NCBI GenBank assembly: GCA_965226555.1
Contig: CBDDDG010000010.1
Coordinates: 1 to 64,000 of the forward strand
From: Salinispira sp.
Lineage (GTDB): Bacteria > Spirochaetota > Spirochaetia > DSM-27196 > Salinispiraceae
DNA length: 64,000 bases
Reading direction: 5' to 3'
Positions 51,980-60,407 of the stretch are shown here, one piece after another. The notes below the pieces were generated by a model. That model was not told where the DNA came from and did no database searches. It saw only the letters and a program-made list of their open reading frames with translations. Position 1 is the stretch's first letter. Every line of letters starts with the position of its first letter. A program made the translations under genes and the position numbers.

Positions 51980-52996
51980 ATGATCGATTTCAAAGAAAAA
52001 CCCGCCCCCGTTCCCTACGACCAAGGCTACCGCTCCCTGCTGTTCCAACCCGCAATAATGCTCCAATTTCTTCAACGCTTTGTCGGAGGCGCATGGACGA
52101 AAAAATTGCGAATCGAGGATATAACCATCGAAAACGGTACCTTTTTCATTGACCATGCGAAAACACGAATGGCCGACATTGTCTGCAAAATAACGCAGAA
52201 GGATCACACGGGAGATGTTGTCATTTATGTGCTCCTTGAGCATCAGTCTGGAGTGGACAACGACATGCCCCTCCGCATGTCGGAATATACGAATCTGCTC
52301 TATCGGAACATTCACCGCTCCGGCGCAATTCCCGATGACTGCGAGTTGGTATTTCTGCCCATTGTGTTCTATAATGGTACGCGAAAATGGAAGGTGCCGG
52401 GGAATGTCAGAGAGCAACGGAAACGGAAATTCCCGCAGTATCTTGCTCCCTTTCCCTATGAGCTGATAAGTGAGAGCGATTATTCTGCGGAGCAGTTGCA
52501 GCAGCGGGGAAGAATGTTTGCGGCTGTTATGTACCTTGATCTGTACTCGAAAAATCTGCTGAATACGGATTGGGACATTCAGAAGGTGGAGAAAGCGATA
52601 GCAGAAATGCTGAATGAGGAATCGCTGGAGCTGATAAAGGAATTTATTGGCGTGGTAGATTCGATGTTCGGAATTGTTATAGATTTAGATACGTTAATGA
52701 ACAGATTAGAAAGAACAAAAGAACCGAGAGGTAAGGAGGTAGCAAAAATGTTCAGAATGAATGCGGAAACATTCAGAGCGCGCATTGCGGAGATGGGTCG
52801 GCAGGAAGGACTTCAGACAGGTCGGCAGGAAGGACTTCAGACAGGATTGCAAACAGGTCGACAGGAAGGTCGTGAAGAAGGCATTCGAGAAACGGCCCGC
52901 AGTATGTTTTTGGAAGGGTTGTCGACAGAGGCTGTTCAGAGAATTACCGGGCTGAGCGATGAGGAAATGCGGACATTGCGGAACGGATCGCATTAA
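51980..52996 (+). CDS. Rpn family recombination-promoting nuclease (YhgA-like PD-(D/E)XK), copy 1
   Basis: YDQGYRSL, ADIV, YVLLEHQS..D..MPLRM..Y, PIVFYNG, C-terminal GRQEG repeats and ITGLS. Confidence 0.92.
   Translation: MIDFKEKPAPVPYDQGYRSLLFQPAIMLQFLQRFVGGAWTKKLRIEDITIENGTFFIDHAKTRMADIVCKITQKDHTGDVVIYVLLEHQSGVDNDMPLRMSEYTNLLYRNIHRSGAIPDDCELVFLPIVFYNGTRKWKVPGNVREQRKRKFPQYLAPFPYELISESDYSAEQLQQRGRMFAAVMYLDLYSKNLLNTDWDIQKVEKAIAEMLNEESLELIKEFIGVVDSMFGIVIDLDTLMNRLERTKEPRGKEVAKMFRMNAETFRARIAEMGRQEGLQTGRQEGLQTGLQTGRQEGREEGIRETARSMFLEGLSTEAVQRITGLSDEEMRTLRNGSH
52748..52996 (+). CDS. Putative internally initiated RpnS antitoxin (82 aa)
   Basis: AAGGAGGT at 52733-52740, 7 nt before an in-frame ATG. 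Confidence 0.65.
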   Translation: MFRMNAETFRARIAEMGRQEGLQTGRQEGLQTGLQTGRQEGREEGIRETARSMFLEGLSTEAVQRITGLSDEEMRTLRNGSH

Positions 52997-53356
52997 TTGA
53001 CGTTGCTCGGCCTGCGCGCAGAGCGGATAATATCAACATCTGGATCAACCTCACAATACCAGTTCCTTCAGGGTATACTTAGACATTCTGGGACTTCATA
53101 CATTCGTACTTCAACAAAGGACTCATGCGGAAACTGCTGCTCCGCCTTAATGCCCGCATTCCCGAGCCCTCCCCTCCCGTATCGCCCCGAAAATCCCTCC
53201 CAACCCGAAAAAATTCACACATTTTGCAAAATTCTTTCCACATACACAGTCAAAAATGACCGTTTACCCGTCACAGATATAGAGGAGAGAATTCACCATG
53301 GGACCATGTCGCTATGGGAGCTCCCCTATTCAGAAAAAAACGTTCAGGAGGATTGT

Positions 53357-54337
53357 ATGATCGATTTCAAAGAAAAACCCGCCCCCGTTCCCTACGACCA
53401 AGGCTACCGCTCCCTGCTGTTCCAACCCGCAATAATGCTCCAATTTCTTCAACGCTTTGTCGGAGGCGCATGGACAAAAAAGCTGCGCCGTGAAGATATT
53501 ACCATTGAAAACGGTACCTTTTTCATCGACCATGCAAAAACACGGATGGCCGACATTATCTGCAAAATCAGAACTCGGGATCACACGGGAGATGTTGCTA
53601 TCTATGTGCTCCTTGAGCATCAGTCTGGAGTGGACAAAGACATGCCCCTCCGCATGTCGGAGTACACAAACCTTCTCTACCGGAACATTCACCGCTCTGG
53701 CGCAATTCCCGATGACTGCGAGGTGGTATTTCTGCCCATTGTGTTCTATAATGGTACGAGAAAATGGAAGGTGCCGGGGAATGTCAGAAAGCAACGGAAA
53801 CGGAAATTCCCGCAGTATCTTGCTCCTTTTCCCTACGATCTGATAAGCGAGAGCGATTATTCTGCGGAGCAGCTGCAGCAGCGGGGAAGAATGTTTGCGG
53901 CTGTTATGTACCTTGATCTGTACTCGAAAAATCTGCTGAATACGGATTGGGACATTCAGAAGGTGGAGAACGCGATAGCAGAAATGCTGAATGAGGAATC
54001 GCTGGAGCTGATAAAGGAATTTATTGGCGTGGTAGATTCGATGTTCGGAATTGTTATAGATTTAGATACGCTAATGAACCAATTAGAAAGAACAAAAGAA
54101 CCGAGAGGTAAGGAGGTAGCAAAAATGTTCAGAATGAATGCGGAAACATTCAGAGCGCGCATTGCGGAGATGGGTCGGCAGGAAGGACTGCGAACAGGTC
54201 GCGCTGAGGGGCATATTGAGGAGCGGAGAAAAAACGCCCGCAGTATGTTTTCGGAAGGATTATCGACCGAGGCTGTTCAGAGAATTACCGGGCTGAGCGA
54301 TGAGGAAATGCGGACATTGCGGAACGGATCGCATTAA
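53357..54337 (+). CDS. Rpn family recombination-promoting nuclease, copy 2
   Basis: Same motifs as copy 1; AGGAGG RBS before MIDFKEK. Confidence 0.92.
   Translation: MIDFKEKPAPVPYDQGYRSLLFQPAIMLQFLQRFVGGAWTKKLRREDITIENGTFFIDHAKTRMADIICKIRTRDHTGDVAIYVLLEHQSGVDKDMPLRMSEYTNLLYRNIHRSGAIPDDCEVVFLPIVFYNGTRKWKVPGNVRKQRKRKFPQYLAPFPYDLISESDYSAEQLQQRGRMFAAVMYLDLYSKNLLNTDWDIQKVENAIAEMLNEESLELIKEFIGVVDSMFGIVIDLDTLMNQLERTKEPRGKEVAKMFRMNAETFRARIAEMGRQEGLRTGRAEGHIEERRKNARSMFSEGLSTEAVQRITGLSDEEMRTLRNGSH
54125..54337 (+). CDS. Putative internally initiated RpnS antitoxin (70 aa)
   Basis: AAGGAGGT at 54110-54117, 7 nt before an in-frame ATG. Confidence 0.65.
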   Translation: MFRMNAETFRARIAEMGRQEGLRTGRAEGHIEERRKNARSMFSEGLSTEAVQRITGLSDEEMRTLRNGSH

Positions 54338-54398
54338 TTATCGCAGCTCGGCATGCGCGCCATGCATCCGCAGTAAAATCCTGAGGAGGTAAAAAAAT

Positions 54399-54575
54399 AT
54401 GTTGGCAGATCTTTTAGGTGACCTATGGCGGGCAGGTGTTGAGCAGGAGCAAGCTCAGGATCAGCGTGAGCATGCACTCAATATGCTCAGGGAAGGTCTG
54501 TCTATGAACCTTATTCATAAGGTCACCGAGCTCAGCGGGGATGAAATTCGGGCATTTCCGAAAAACGGTGAATAA
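54399..54575 (+). CDS. Stand-alone RpnS-like small protein (58 aa, below the ORF-track cutoff)
   Basis: GAGGAGGT RBS; MLADLLGDLWRAGVEQEQAQDQREHALNMLREGLSMNLIHKVTELSGDEIRAFPKNGE aligns with the Rpn C-terminus. Confidence 0.75.
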   Translation: MLADLLGDLWRAGVEQEQAQDQREHALNMLREGLSMNLIHKVTELSGDEIRAFPKNGE

Positions 54576-54584
54576 TAACAGCTC

Positions 54585-55118
54585 ATGGGTACTATTTCTC
54601 GGGGGGTCGTCATCGGACGCTTCAATCCGCCCCATAACGGACACCGATATCTTCTCAATTTCGCTCAGCAACATGTTGATAAATTATATGTTTTCATCTG
54701 TACACTTCCAGAAGATGAAATTCCCGGAATGCTGCGTTTTGTCTGGATGCAGAAACTCGTTCCGAGGGCGGAAATTATCCATATAACAGAAGAGAATCCG
54801 CGCGCGGTTCGGGGAGCGCCCGAAGCAGTGAAAATCTGGGCGAAAACCATTTTGAGCAACATGAAGGATGGGCGCCCCGACTATGTTTTTGCCTCCGAGG
54901 ACTACGGACAGATCCTTGCCCGCGAACTGGGAGCCGTTTTTATTGATGTCGATTCAGGGCGTGAACAATTCCCTGTCTCCGCATCCGCCATACGCTCAAA
55001 CCTGTTGAAACTTCTTGAATACTGGAAGTATATTCCCGAACCCGTCCGTGTATGGTTTCATGAACAACTCGCCGCCTGTGAAACTATAGAAAACAGTGAA
55101 AACATTGAAAGGAGGTAG
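54585..55118 (+). CDS. Cytidylyltransferase-like (NadR-type NMN adenylyltransferase domain) protein
   Basis: GRFNPPHNGH, VFASEDYG, PVSASAIR; no kinase domain. Confidence 0.8.
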   Translation: MGTISRGVVIGRFNPPHNGHRYLLNFAQQHVDKLYVFICTLPEDEIPGMLRFVWMQKLVPRAEIIHITEENPRAVRGAPEAVKIWAKTILSNMKDGRPDYVFASEDYGQILARELGAVFIDVDSGREQFPVSASAIRSNLLKLLEYWKYIPEPVRVWFHEQLAACETIENSENIERR

Positions 55119-55121
55119 CAT

Positions 55122-55589
55122 ATGGATAATGCGACAATAATGTGGCTTATCATTGGCTTGGCGCTCATTCTCGGCGAATTTGCCGCCCCCGGGCTCATTA
55201 TTATTTTTCTGGGATTCGGCGCGCTGCTCACCGCTCTTGTAAGCGCTCTTATTCCCGCATTTTCATCGCAGATCTTTCTCCAGATATTCACCTGGGCAGG
55301 ATTTTCCATTCTCTCAATTCTTTCCCTGCGGCGTTTTTTCAAAAAGATATTCATCGGCAGGCAGATTGCCCCCCATGATCATGATTATGACGACAGCGCC
55401 CGAAAAGCCCTCGTTATTGAGACAGTACGCGCTGATGCCCCGGGGAGAATTGAATATCAGGGGACAAGCTGGAAGGCACTGAGTTTTGATAAAACCTATG
55501 AAAAGGGGCAGAAGGTATGGATTCTCAAGAAAGAAGGAGCCGCCTATTATGTGGGAGACCCCCTGCTGTCTGAGGAGCCCGAAGAATGA
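55122..55589 (+). CDS. NfeD family membrane protein
   Basis: WLIIGLALILGEF..PG, GRIEYQGTSWKA. Confidence 0.88.
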   Translation: MDNATIMWLIIGLALILGEFAAPGLIIIFLGFGALLTALVSALIPAFSSQIFLQIFTWAGFSILSILSLRRFFKKIFIGRQIAPHDHDYDDSARKALVIETVRADAPGRIEYQGTSWKALSFDKTYEKGQKVWILKKEGAAYYVGDPLLSEEPEE

Positions 55590-57217
55590 ACATACACAGG
55601 GTTTCTGAAGATACCCAGAATATATGGGTAGATATGGCCCATGCCCTCTGGCCCGACTGTACAAAAAACGAACTGTGGCAGGAAATTCAACGAGAATCCC
55701 ATTCAGAAAAAACCTGCTACTATCTTCTCAGAGATACCGATGGAACCTACATTGCCTTTATTCAATTGTCGGTGCGAAGCGACTACGTTGAAGGTTCGTC
55801 AACACATCCGGTTGCCTATGTGGAGGGAATTTACGTGAAACCTCGCTGCAGAGGCCGGGGCATTGGGCGTATACTCATTCAGGAAGCTGAAAAATGGGCG
55901 CGTTCGAAGGGACTCACCGAACTGGCATCCGATGCGGAAATAAAAAACACGGAAAGCAGCAAATTTCATGCCCGCGTGGGTTTTGAAAAGGCAGGCGTTA
56001 ACGTCCATTTCATAAAAACCCTCACTCTCATACTCCTCTTCTTTCACATTGCCTCCCCCTCGCTTCCTGCCGAACAGTTCCGCTTCCGCTACCAGACGGG
56101 CGACCGATACCGCATTCTTTCGGAAATTCAACAGCAGGTATATCTCAATGATACACACCAGTACAGTTCCGAACTGTTAAACAGAATACAGGTAAGGGTT
56201 CTGGAAATCCGGAACGGCTCCGGGCGGGAAGAAGTGTATTATCAGCATTCAGAAGAAACGCAGACCGAAAGCGGAGAACCATATCAATATCAATTCGGAC
56301 AGGAATATTCGGCAGAATTCTGGATAGATGAATTCGGATTTTACGACATTGATCCCGGATATTTCGTGCCGGGCGTGAGAGATGTGCCGGTATTCCCCCC
56401 TGAAGATCTCACCCCCGGCGACAGATGGACGGCACGAGGGCAGGAAGTACACGATTTCCGCGCCGCCTTCGGCATCTCTGAGCCCTACACCTTCAGTATG
56501 CCAGTGAATTATACCTATGTGGGACCGGAGCGCAGGAATGGGCTGGCCCTGCATCACATTACTATTGAATACAACATTCTCCATGAGCGGCCCGTCCCCG
56601 ACGGTTATTCCTCCTATCCCCACCGAATACTGGGCTCTGCGCTGCAACAGCTCTACTTCGATAACAATACGGGGCGTTCGCATTCGTATGAGGAAGAATA
56701 TGAGTTTATTCTCTCCACGAGTGATGGTAACTCTCTTCGTTTTACCGGAACCGCTCAGGCAAGAGTCATGGAGAGCGCGGAATTTGACCGCGATTCCCTG
56801 AAGCGTGACATTGAAGAACGGCTCGATAATCTGGGGTTTGAAGAAAGTTCGGTACAAAGCGACAGCAGAGGGGTCACTATATCCATTGAAAACATTCAGT
56901 TCCCGCCGGATTCCGCATTGCTGCTGCCCTCTGAGCGGACTAAACTGGACAAGATTGCCCGAATTCTTTCCGACTATCCCGACAGGGATATTCTCGTAAG
57001 CGGCCACACTGCCCTCGCGGGCAGCGTTGAGGGGAGGCAGGTACTTAGCAAGGAACGCGCCAGATCTGTTGTGTCGTATCTCATTGGAATTGGCGCCCGA
57101 GACCGTTCACGAATTCTCTATCGGGGATTCGGAGCTGAGCGCCCCATCGCCGACAACAGTTTCGAGGAAGGCAGGCGCCGCAACCGGCGGGTCGAAATCA
57201 CCATTCTTGAAAATTGA
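55586..57217 (+). CDS. Fusion of an AAC(6')-I-like GNAT acetyltransferase and an OmpA-family protein
   Basis: ALWPD...RSDYVEGSSTHPVAYVEGIYV...ELASDA...FHARVGF; internal signal-like segment; C-terminal IQFPPDSA..GHTA..LSKERA..NRRVEI. Confidence 0.82.
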   Translation: MNIHRVSEDTQNIWVDMAHALWPDCTKNELWQEIQRESHSEKTCYYLLRDTDGTYIAFIQLSVRSDYVEGSSTHPVAYVEGIYVKPRCRGRGIGRILIQEAEKWARSKGLTELASDAEIKNTESSKFHARVGFEKAGVNVHFIKTLTLILLFFHIASPSLPAEQFRFRYQTGDRYRILSEIQQQVYLNDTHQYSSELLNRIQVRVLEIRNGSGREEVYYQHSEETQTESGEPYQYQFGQEYSAEFWIDEFGFYDIDPGYFVPGVRDVPVFPPEDLTPGDRWTARGQEVHDFRAAFGISEPYTFSMPVNYTYVGPERRNGLALHHITIEYNILHERPVPDGYSSYPHRILGSALQQLYFDNNTGRSHSYEEEYEFILSTSDGNSLRFTGTAQARVMESAEFDRDSLKRDIEERLDNLGFEESSVQSDSRGVTISIENIQFPPDSALLLPSERTKLDKIARILSDYPDRDILVSGHTALAGSVEGRQVLSKERARSVVSYLIGIGARDRSRILYRGFGAERPIADNSFEEGRRRNRRVEITILEN

Positions 57218-57275
57218 TGCTGCCGCGGCAGGTGCAGCCTGCTGCGGCCGCGCTGAGATCGCCGATGTCGCCGCC

Positions 57276-57959
57276 TTAGCCAATTCTGCTTCCGAAGAAG
57301 GTTTTTCCCTCCAGAACACGCCGAATGTTATCCATATCCCTTCCGCCGACAAAGAATACCTCCATGCCAAGTTCGGCTGCGCGCCTGCTGGCCACAGGAT
57401 CGAAGGGGCAATTTTTCCCCGGCACCCAGTCGCCGCCAATGAGCTTCCGGTACTCGTTCCAGCTCATGCGATCCAGGGGGCGGGCATGGGGGTCTTTGGC
57501 AGGGTCCGCGCTGTATATCTTGTCGATATTCGATATGTTGATAAGCCGATCGGCATTGAGGCGCTCTGCCAGAAGAACTGCGATGTAGTCGGTAGAGGAG
57601 CCCGGTTTCCAGCCTGCCCCCACCAGCACCCTGCCGGTAAATGAAAATTGCCCGCCCGGATCAGTTACAAGCGGATCCGCGCACATATCTCCAAGAACAG
57701 CCCGCACCAACTCGGCGTTCAGACGTGTTGCCATAATACCGATCAAATCTTGCTCATCGTCACCCGGCTCATCAACCAGTTCCCGAAAGGCCTGCTGATA
57801 TGCCCGCGCCGGCCCCCCGCCGCCGACTACCAGAACAAGCCTGCCGGCATCATCATACCGCAGATAATCGCGCAGCACTGCCGTAAAACGGCCTATCGCA
57901 TGAGTATCTGCCCACTCCGGAGCAATAACCGATCCGCCAAGTGAAATCACCGTTGTCAT
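57276..57959 (-). CDS. pyrH: UMP kinase (archaeal/spirochaetal type)
   Basis: VISLGGS, VVGGGGPARAY, DLIGIMATRLNA, PGSSTD, PFDPVA. Confidence 0.93.
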   Translation of the reverse strand: MTTVISLGGSVIAPEWADTHAIGRFTAVLRDYLRYDDAGRLVLVVGGGGPARAYQQAFRELVDEPGDDEQDLIGIMATRLNAELVRAVLGDMCADPLVTDPGGQFSFTGRVLVGAGWKPGSSTDYIAVLLAERLNADRLINISNIDKIYSADPAKDPHARPLDRMSWNEYRKLIGGDWVPGKNCPFDPVASRRAAELGMEVFFVGGRDMDNIRRVLEGKTFFGSRIG

Positions 57960-57995
57960 ATTATTCCTCCGCCTGCAACGAGTACCTTCCCCGCA

Positions 57996-58778
57996 TTATA
58001 CCCCAACAGAAGCGGTAAATTTCAAGGAACTTTTCTGCCCCCATATAAAGGGCGGCGCCCCATAGTAACAGATACTGCCGCCGCCCCGTTTCAGGCATAT
58101 CTCCGAAACAGAAACTGTGCGGGCATCGTCCCTTCTCATAAGCACAGCAGCCTCCGGCGCCTTCCGCCTGTTCCGATGAAAACGTTTGAGCGAGGCGATA
58201 TTGTAGCGATGAAGATTTTTGAACTGCGCCTCACGCTGCTTCGGTATATCGGAAGTTTTCAGATTACTGCTCAGTATTCCCGCCTGCCTCACCCCCGATA
58301 CAACAGATTGCCGAATGCGTTTCCCATTCCACTCCCATATTCCGCTCCTGTTCACAGCAAAAGCAGCAAGAAAAAAGGGAGCATAATTGTGTTTGCGGAG
58401 AATTTCTTCCAGGATTCTGATGTCGGGAAATGTTCCGGCATTCAAAATATCACGGATAATCAAACCGCGGGAACGCGGAAAGGCCTGGCCTTCCGCAAAA
58501 CCAGCGCTCGGCGCAAAACCAGCATGCTGCGCAAAACCAGCGCGCGGCAGATCAGGATAATTGTTTATGACACAAACAAAAAATCCATTACCGCTCAATC
58601 CCATCCAACTGCCGCCGCTTTCCGGATCGAGAGGCATGAGATAATTTGTATCGCTCCCCCGAAAGAGTACCGGAGCCTGAGCCGGTAAGCGGCTTCGCTG
58701 TTCATCGCGATTAAAAAATATCCACCGCGCAGAATGCTCCGGCTCCAATTGCTCCGGAAAATATGTGAGCGTACACAT
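57996..58778 (-). CDS. NRDE/TANGO2 family protein
   Basis: MCT start, NRDE, GGSW, SRGLII, ARTVS. Confidence 0.85.
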   Translation of the reverse strand: MCTLTYFPEQLEPEHSARWIFFNRDEQRSRLPAQAPVLFRGSDTNYLMPLDPESGGSWMGLSGNGFFVCVINNYPDLPRAGFAQHAGFAPSAGFAEGQAFPRSRGLIIRDILNAGTFPDIRILEEILRKHNYAPFFLAAFAVNRSGIWEWNGKRIRQSVVSGVRQAGILSSNLKTSDIPKQREAQFKNLHRYNIASLKRFHRNRRKAPEAAVLMRRDDARTVSVSEICLKRGGGSICYYGAPPFIWGQKSSLKFTASVGV

Positions 58779-59356
58779 TATCCTGATACAACCCGTGCGA
58801 GTGTGTCGTTTTCTGCTGTGCCGCGTGCGGTTGTGCCGCTCGCGGGGGTATCGGGGGCTACACCAAAATTTCGGGGAGGATCATAATTCCAGCCCCGAAG
58901 TATGAAGGCAATGTGGGCATAATGATGAATTGAATGTGCGGCAACAGCCTGCAGTTCTCTGTTAAGGCAGGTCTCTATTGTGTACTGTGCTCCGGCTTCT
59001 CCGTTAATACATATGCTCTGTATCGCCGGACAGGATGCGGCAGACTCAAGACAACGCGCAAGCTCCTTCCTCAAGCGGATAAAAAGCACTTCGGCTGCTT
59101 CACGCGATCGTTCTATGTTCGAATCCCTGCTGCGGTTTCCGTAGTTGACAGAATACCTTTCTGGCGAGAATAGCTGATCATAAAAATTTGCCACATGGCG
59201 GAAATGACAACCGGGAGCCCCCTTTTCGACAATGGCCATATCGGGAACCCGAACATAGTCGTCCGCAGATATCATGCCTATGACCTGCAGGCCCTGTTCA
59301 ATGAGGAGCAGATTTTGCCGCATGAGATACCGCCGGGCATTATTTTTCTGATTCAT
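58778..59356 (-). CDS. DinB family protein
   Basis: GCHFRH...Y..R.RD...RELQAVAAHSIHHYA...FGVAP. Confidence 0.8.
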   Translation of the reverse strand: MNQKNNARRYLMRQNLLLIEQGLQVIGMISADDYVRVPDMAIVEKGAPGCHFRHVANFYDQLFSPERYSVNYGNRSRDSNIERSREAAEVLFIRLRKELARCLESAASCPAIQSICINGEAGAQYTIETCLNRELQAVAAHSIHHYAHIAFILRGWNYDPPRNFGVAPDTPASGTTARGTAENDTLARVVSG

Positions 59357-60284
59357 GTTTTCGCTTCGATTTTTTTGCTTCAATTTTGATGTACAGCTCA
59401 TTGCGCTGCCGCCTGCGGTATGAGAGCACAAGACCGGCAATGCCCCCCAGAATCATGGGAATGGTAAAAAACATACCGAGGGTGAACCAATCTCCTCCAA
59501 TAAAACGTGAGTGGCTCACTGGTTCCCGATAAAATTCCACCCAGAAGCGGAACAATCCATACAATAAAAGAAAAAGGCTGAATACCGAACCGCGGGGCTT
59601 TTCTCTGCCGATATTTCTGAACAGAAGCAATATGACATAGAGAACAAGTCCCTCAAGCACGAATTCGTAGAGCTGCACCGGATGGCGCGGTAAATTTACC
59701 AGACCTCCTGCGGTATCGATCCCCGCAGTTTCCGCCATCTCCCGAACCCATGCCTCAGAAGTTGGGAGCCATGCAGATTCAGGCACTGAATCGAAGATCA
59801 TGGCAAGAGGTGAAGCACTTACCCTGCCCCAGAACTCTCCGTTAATAAAATTGCCGATTCTCCCGCAGGCAAGGGCAATGGGAACCGGAATAATAACAAG
59901 ATCGGCCAGATCAAAGGGGTGTATACCCTGTTTCCGCGCATAGGGAATGGGAAAAAGAATAGCAAGGAGGAATCCTCCAAAAAAATACATGCCTCCTTCC
60001 CATATGGCAAAAATTTGAAGCGGATTCTTCAGATAATACGCAGGATTTACAAAAAACACAAAGCCTAGGCGGCCGCCCACCAGCACCCCCATAAATATGC
60101 GGATGAGAATTTCCCCGAACTGATCTTTGCTAAGGCTGATTTTTTTCCGCCGTATATGATCAATAACAAAAACATACACAAAAACCACACCGAGAAAATA
60201 CATAAAACCATACCAACTCAGCGCCAGTGGGCCGGGAAGATCAATAATTATTGGGTTAAACAGGGGAACATTCAGATATTTCAT
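59340..60284 (-). CDS. lgt: Prolipoprotein diacylglyceryl transferase
   Basis: WYGFMY, GGRLG, WEGGM, GRIGNFINGE, RHPVQLYE, RFWVEFYREP. Confidence 0.95.
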   Translation of the reverse strand: MKYLNVPLFNPIIIDLPGPLALSWYGFMYFLGVVFVYVFVIDHIRRKKISLSKDQFGEILIRIFMGVLVGGRLGFVFFVNPAYYLKNPLQIFAIWEGGMYFFGGFLLAILFPIPYARKQGIHPFDLADLVIIPVPIALACGRIGNFINGEFWGRVSASPLAMIFDSVPESAWLPTSEAWVREMAETAGIDTAGGLVNLPRHPVQLYEFVLEGLVLYVILLLFRNIGREKPRGSVFSLFLLLYGLFRFWVEFYREPVSHSRFIGGDWFTLGMFFTIPMILGGIAGLVLSYRRRQRNELYIKIEAKKSKRKHESEK

Positions 60285-60407
60285 AGTCAGACAGTATATT
60301 CTCTTTTTCGAACTTCCGCAAGCAAAAAGATGCATGCGGGACAATTTAACCATAAGCGAAGCACCTCCCTGCCCTCAAGATATCAGGAGGACAGAAAGGT
60401 GCTGAAA

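Larger units (their letters stand above)
51762..54350 (+). repeat. Tandem duplication of the rpn gene with about 200 bp of upstream DNA (units start 51762 and 53153)
   Basis: Near-identical sequence with a 1391-bp period. Confidence 0.92.

Noticed and set aside
53020..53152. Possible DUF6516-like toxin fragment on the minus strand between the rpn copies
   Set aside because: Short, frameshifted, and the similarity is too weak to support by eye.
52997..53356. Long N-terminal extension of rpn copy 2
   Set aside because: Covers the duplicated upstream region; the RBS and copy 1 support a start at 53357.
60343..60370. Chromosomal dif or pdif site
   Set aside because: Only a XerD-like half with an extra base; no XerC arm at 6-bp spacing.
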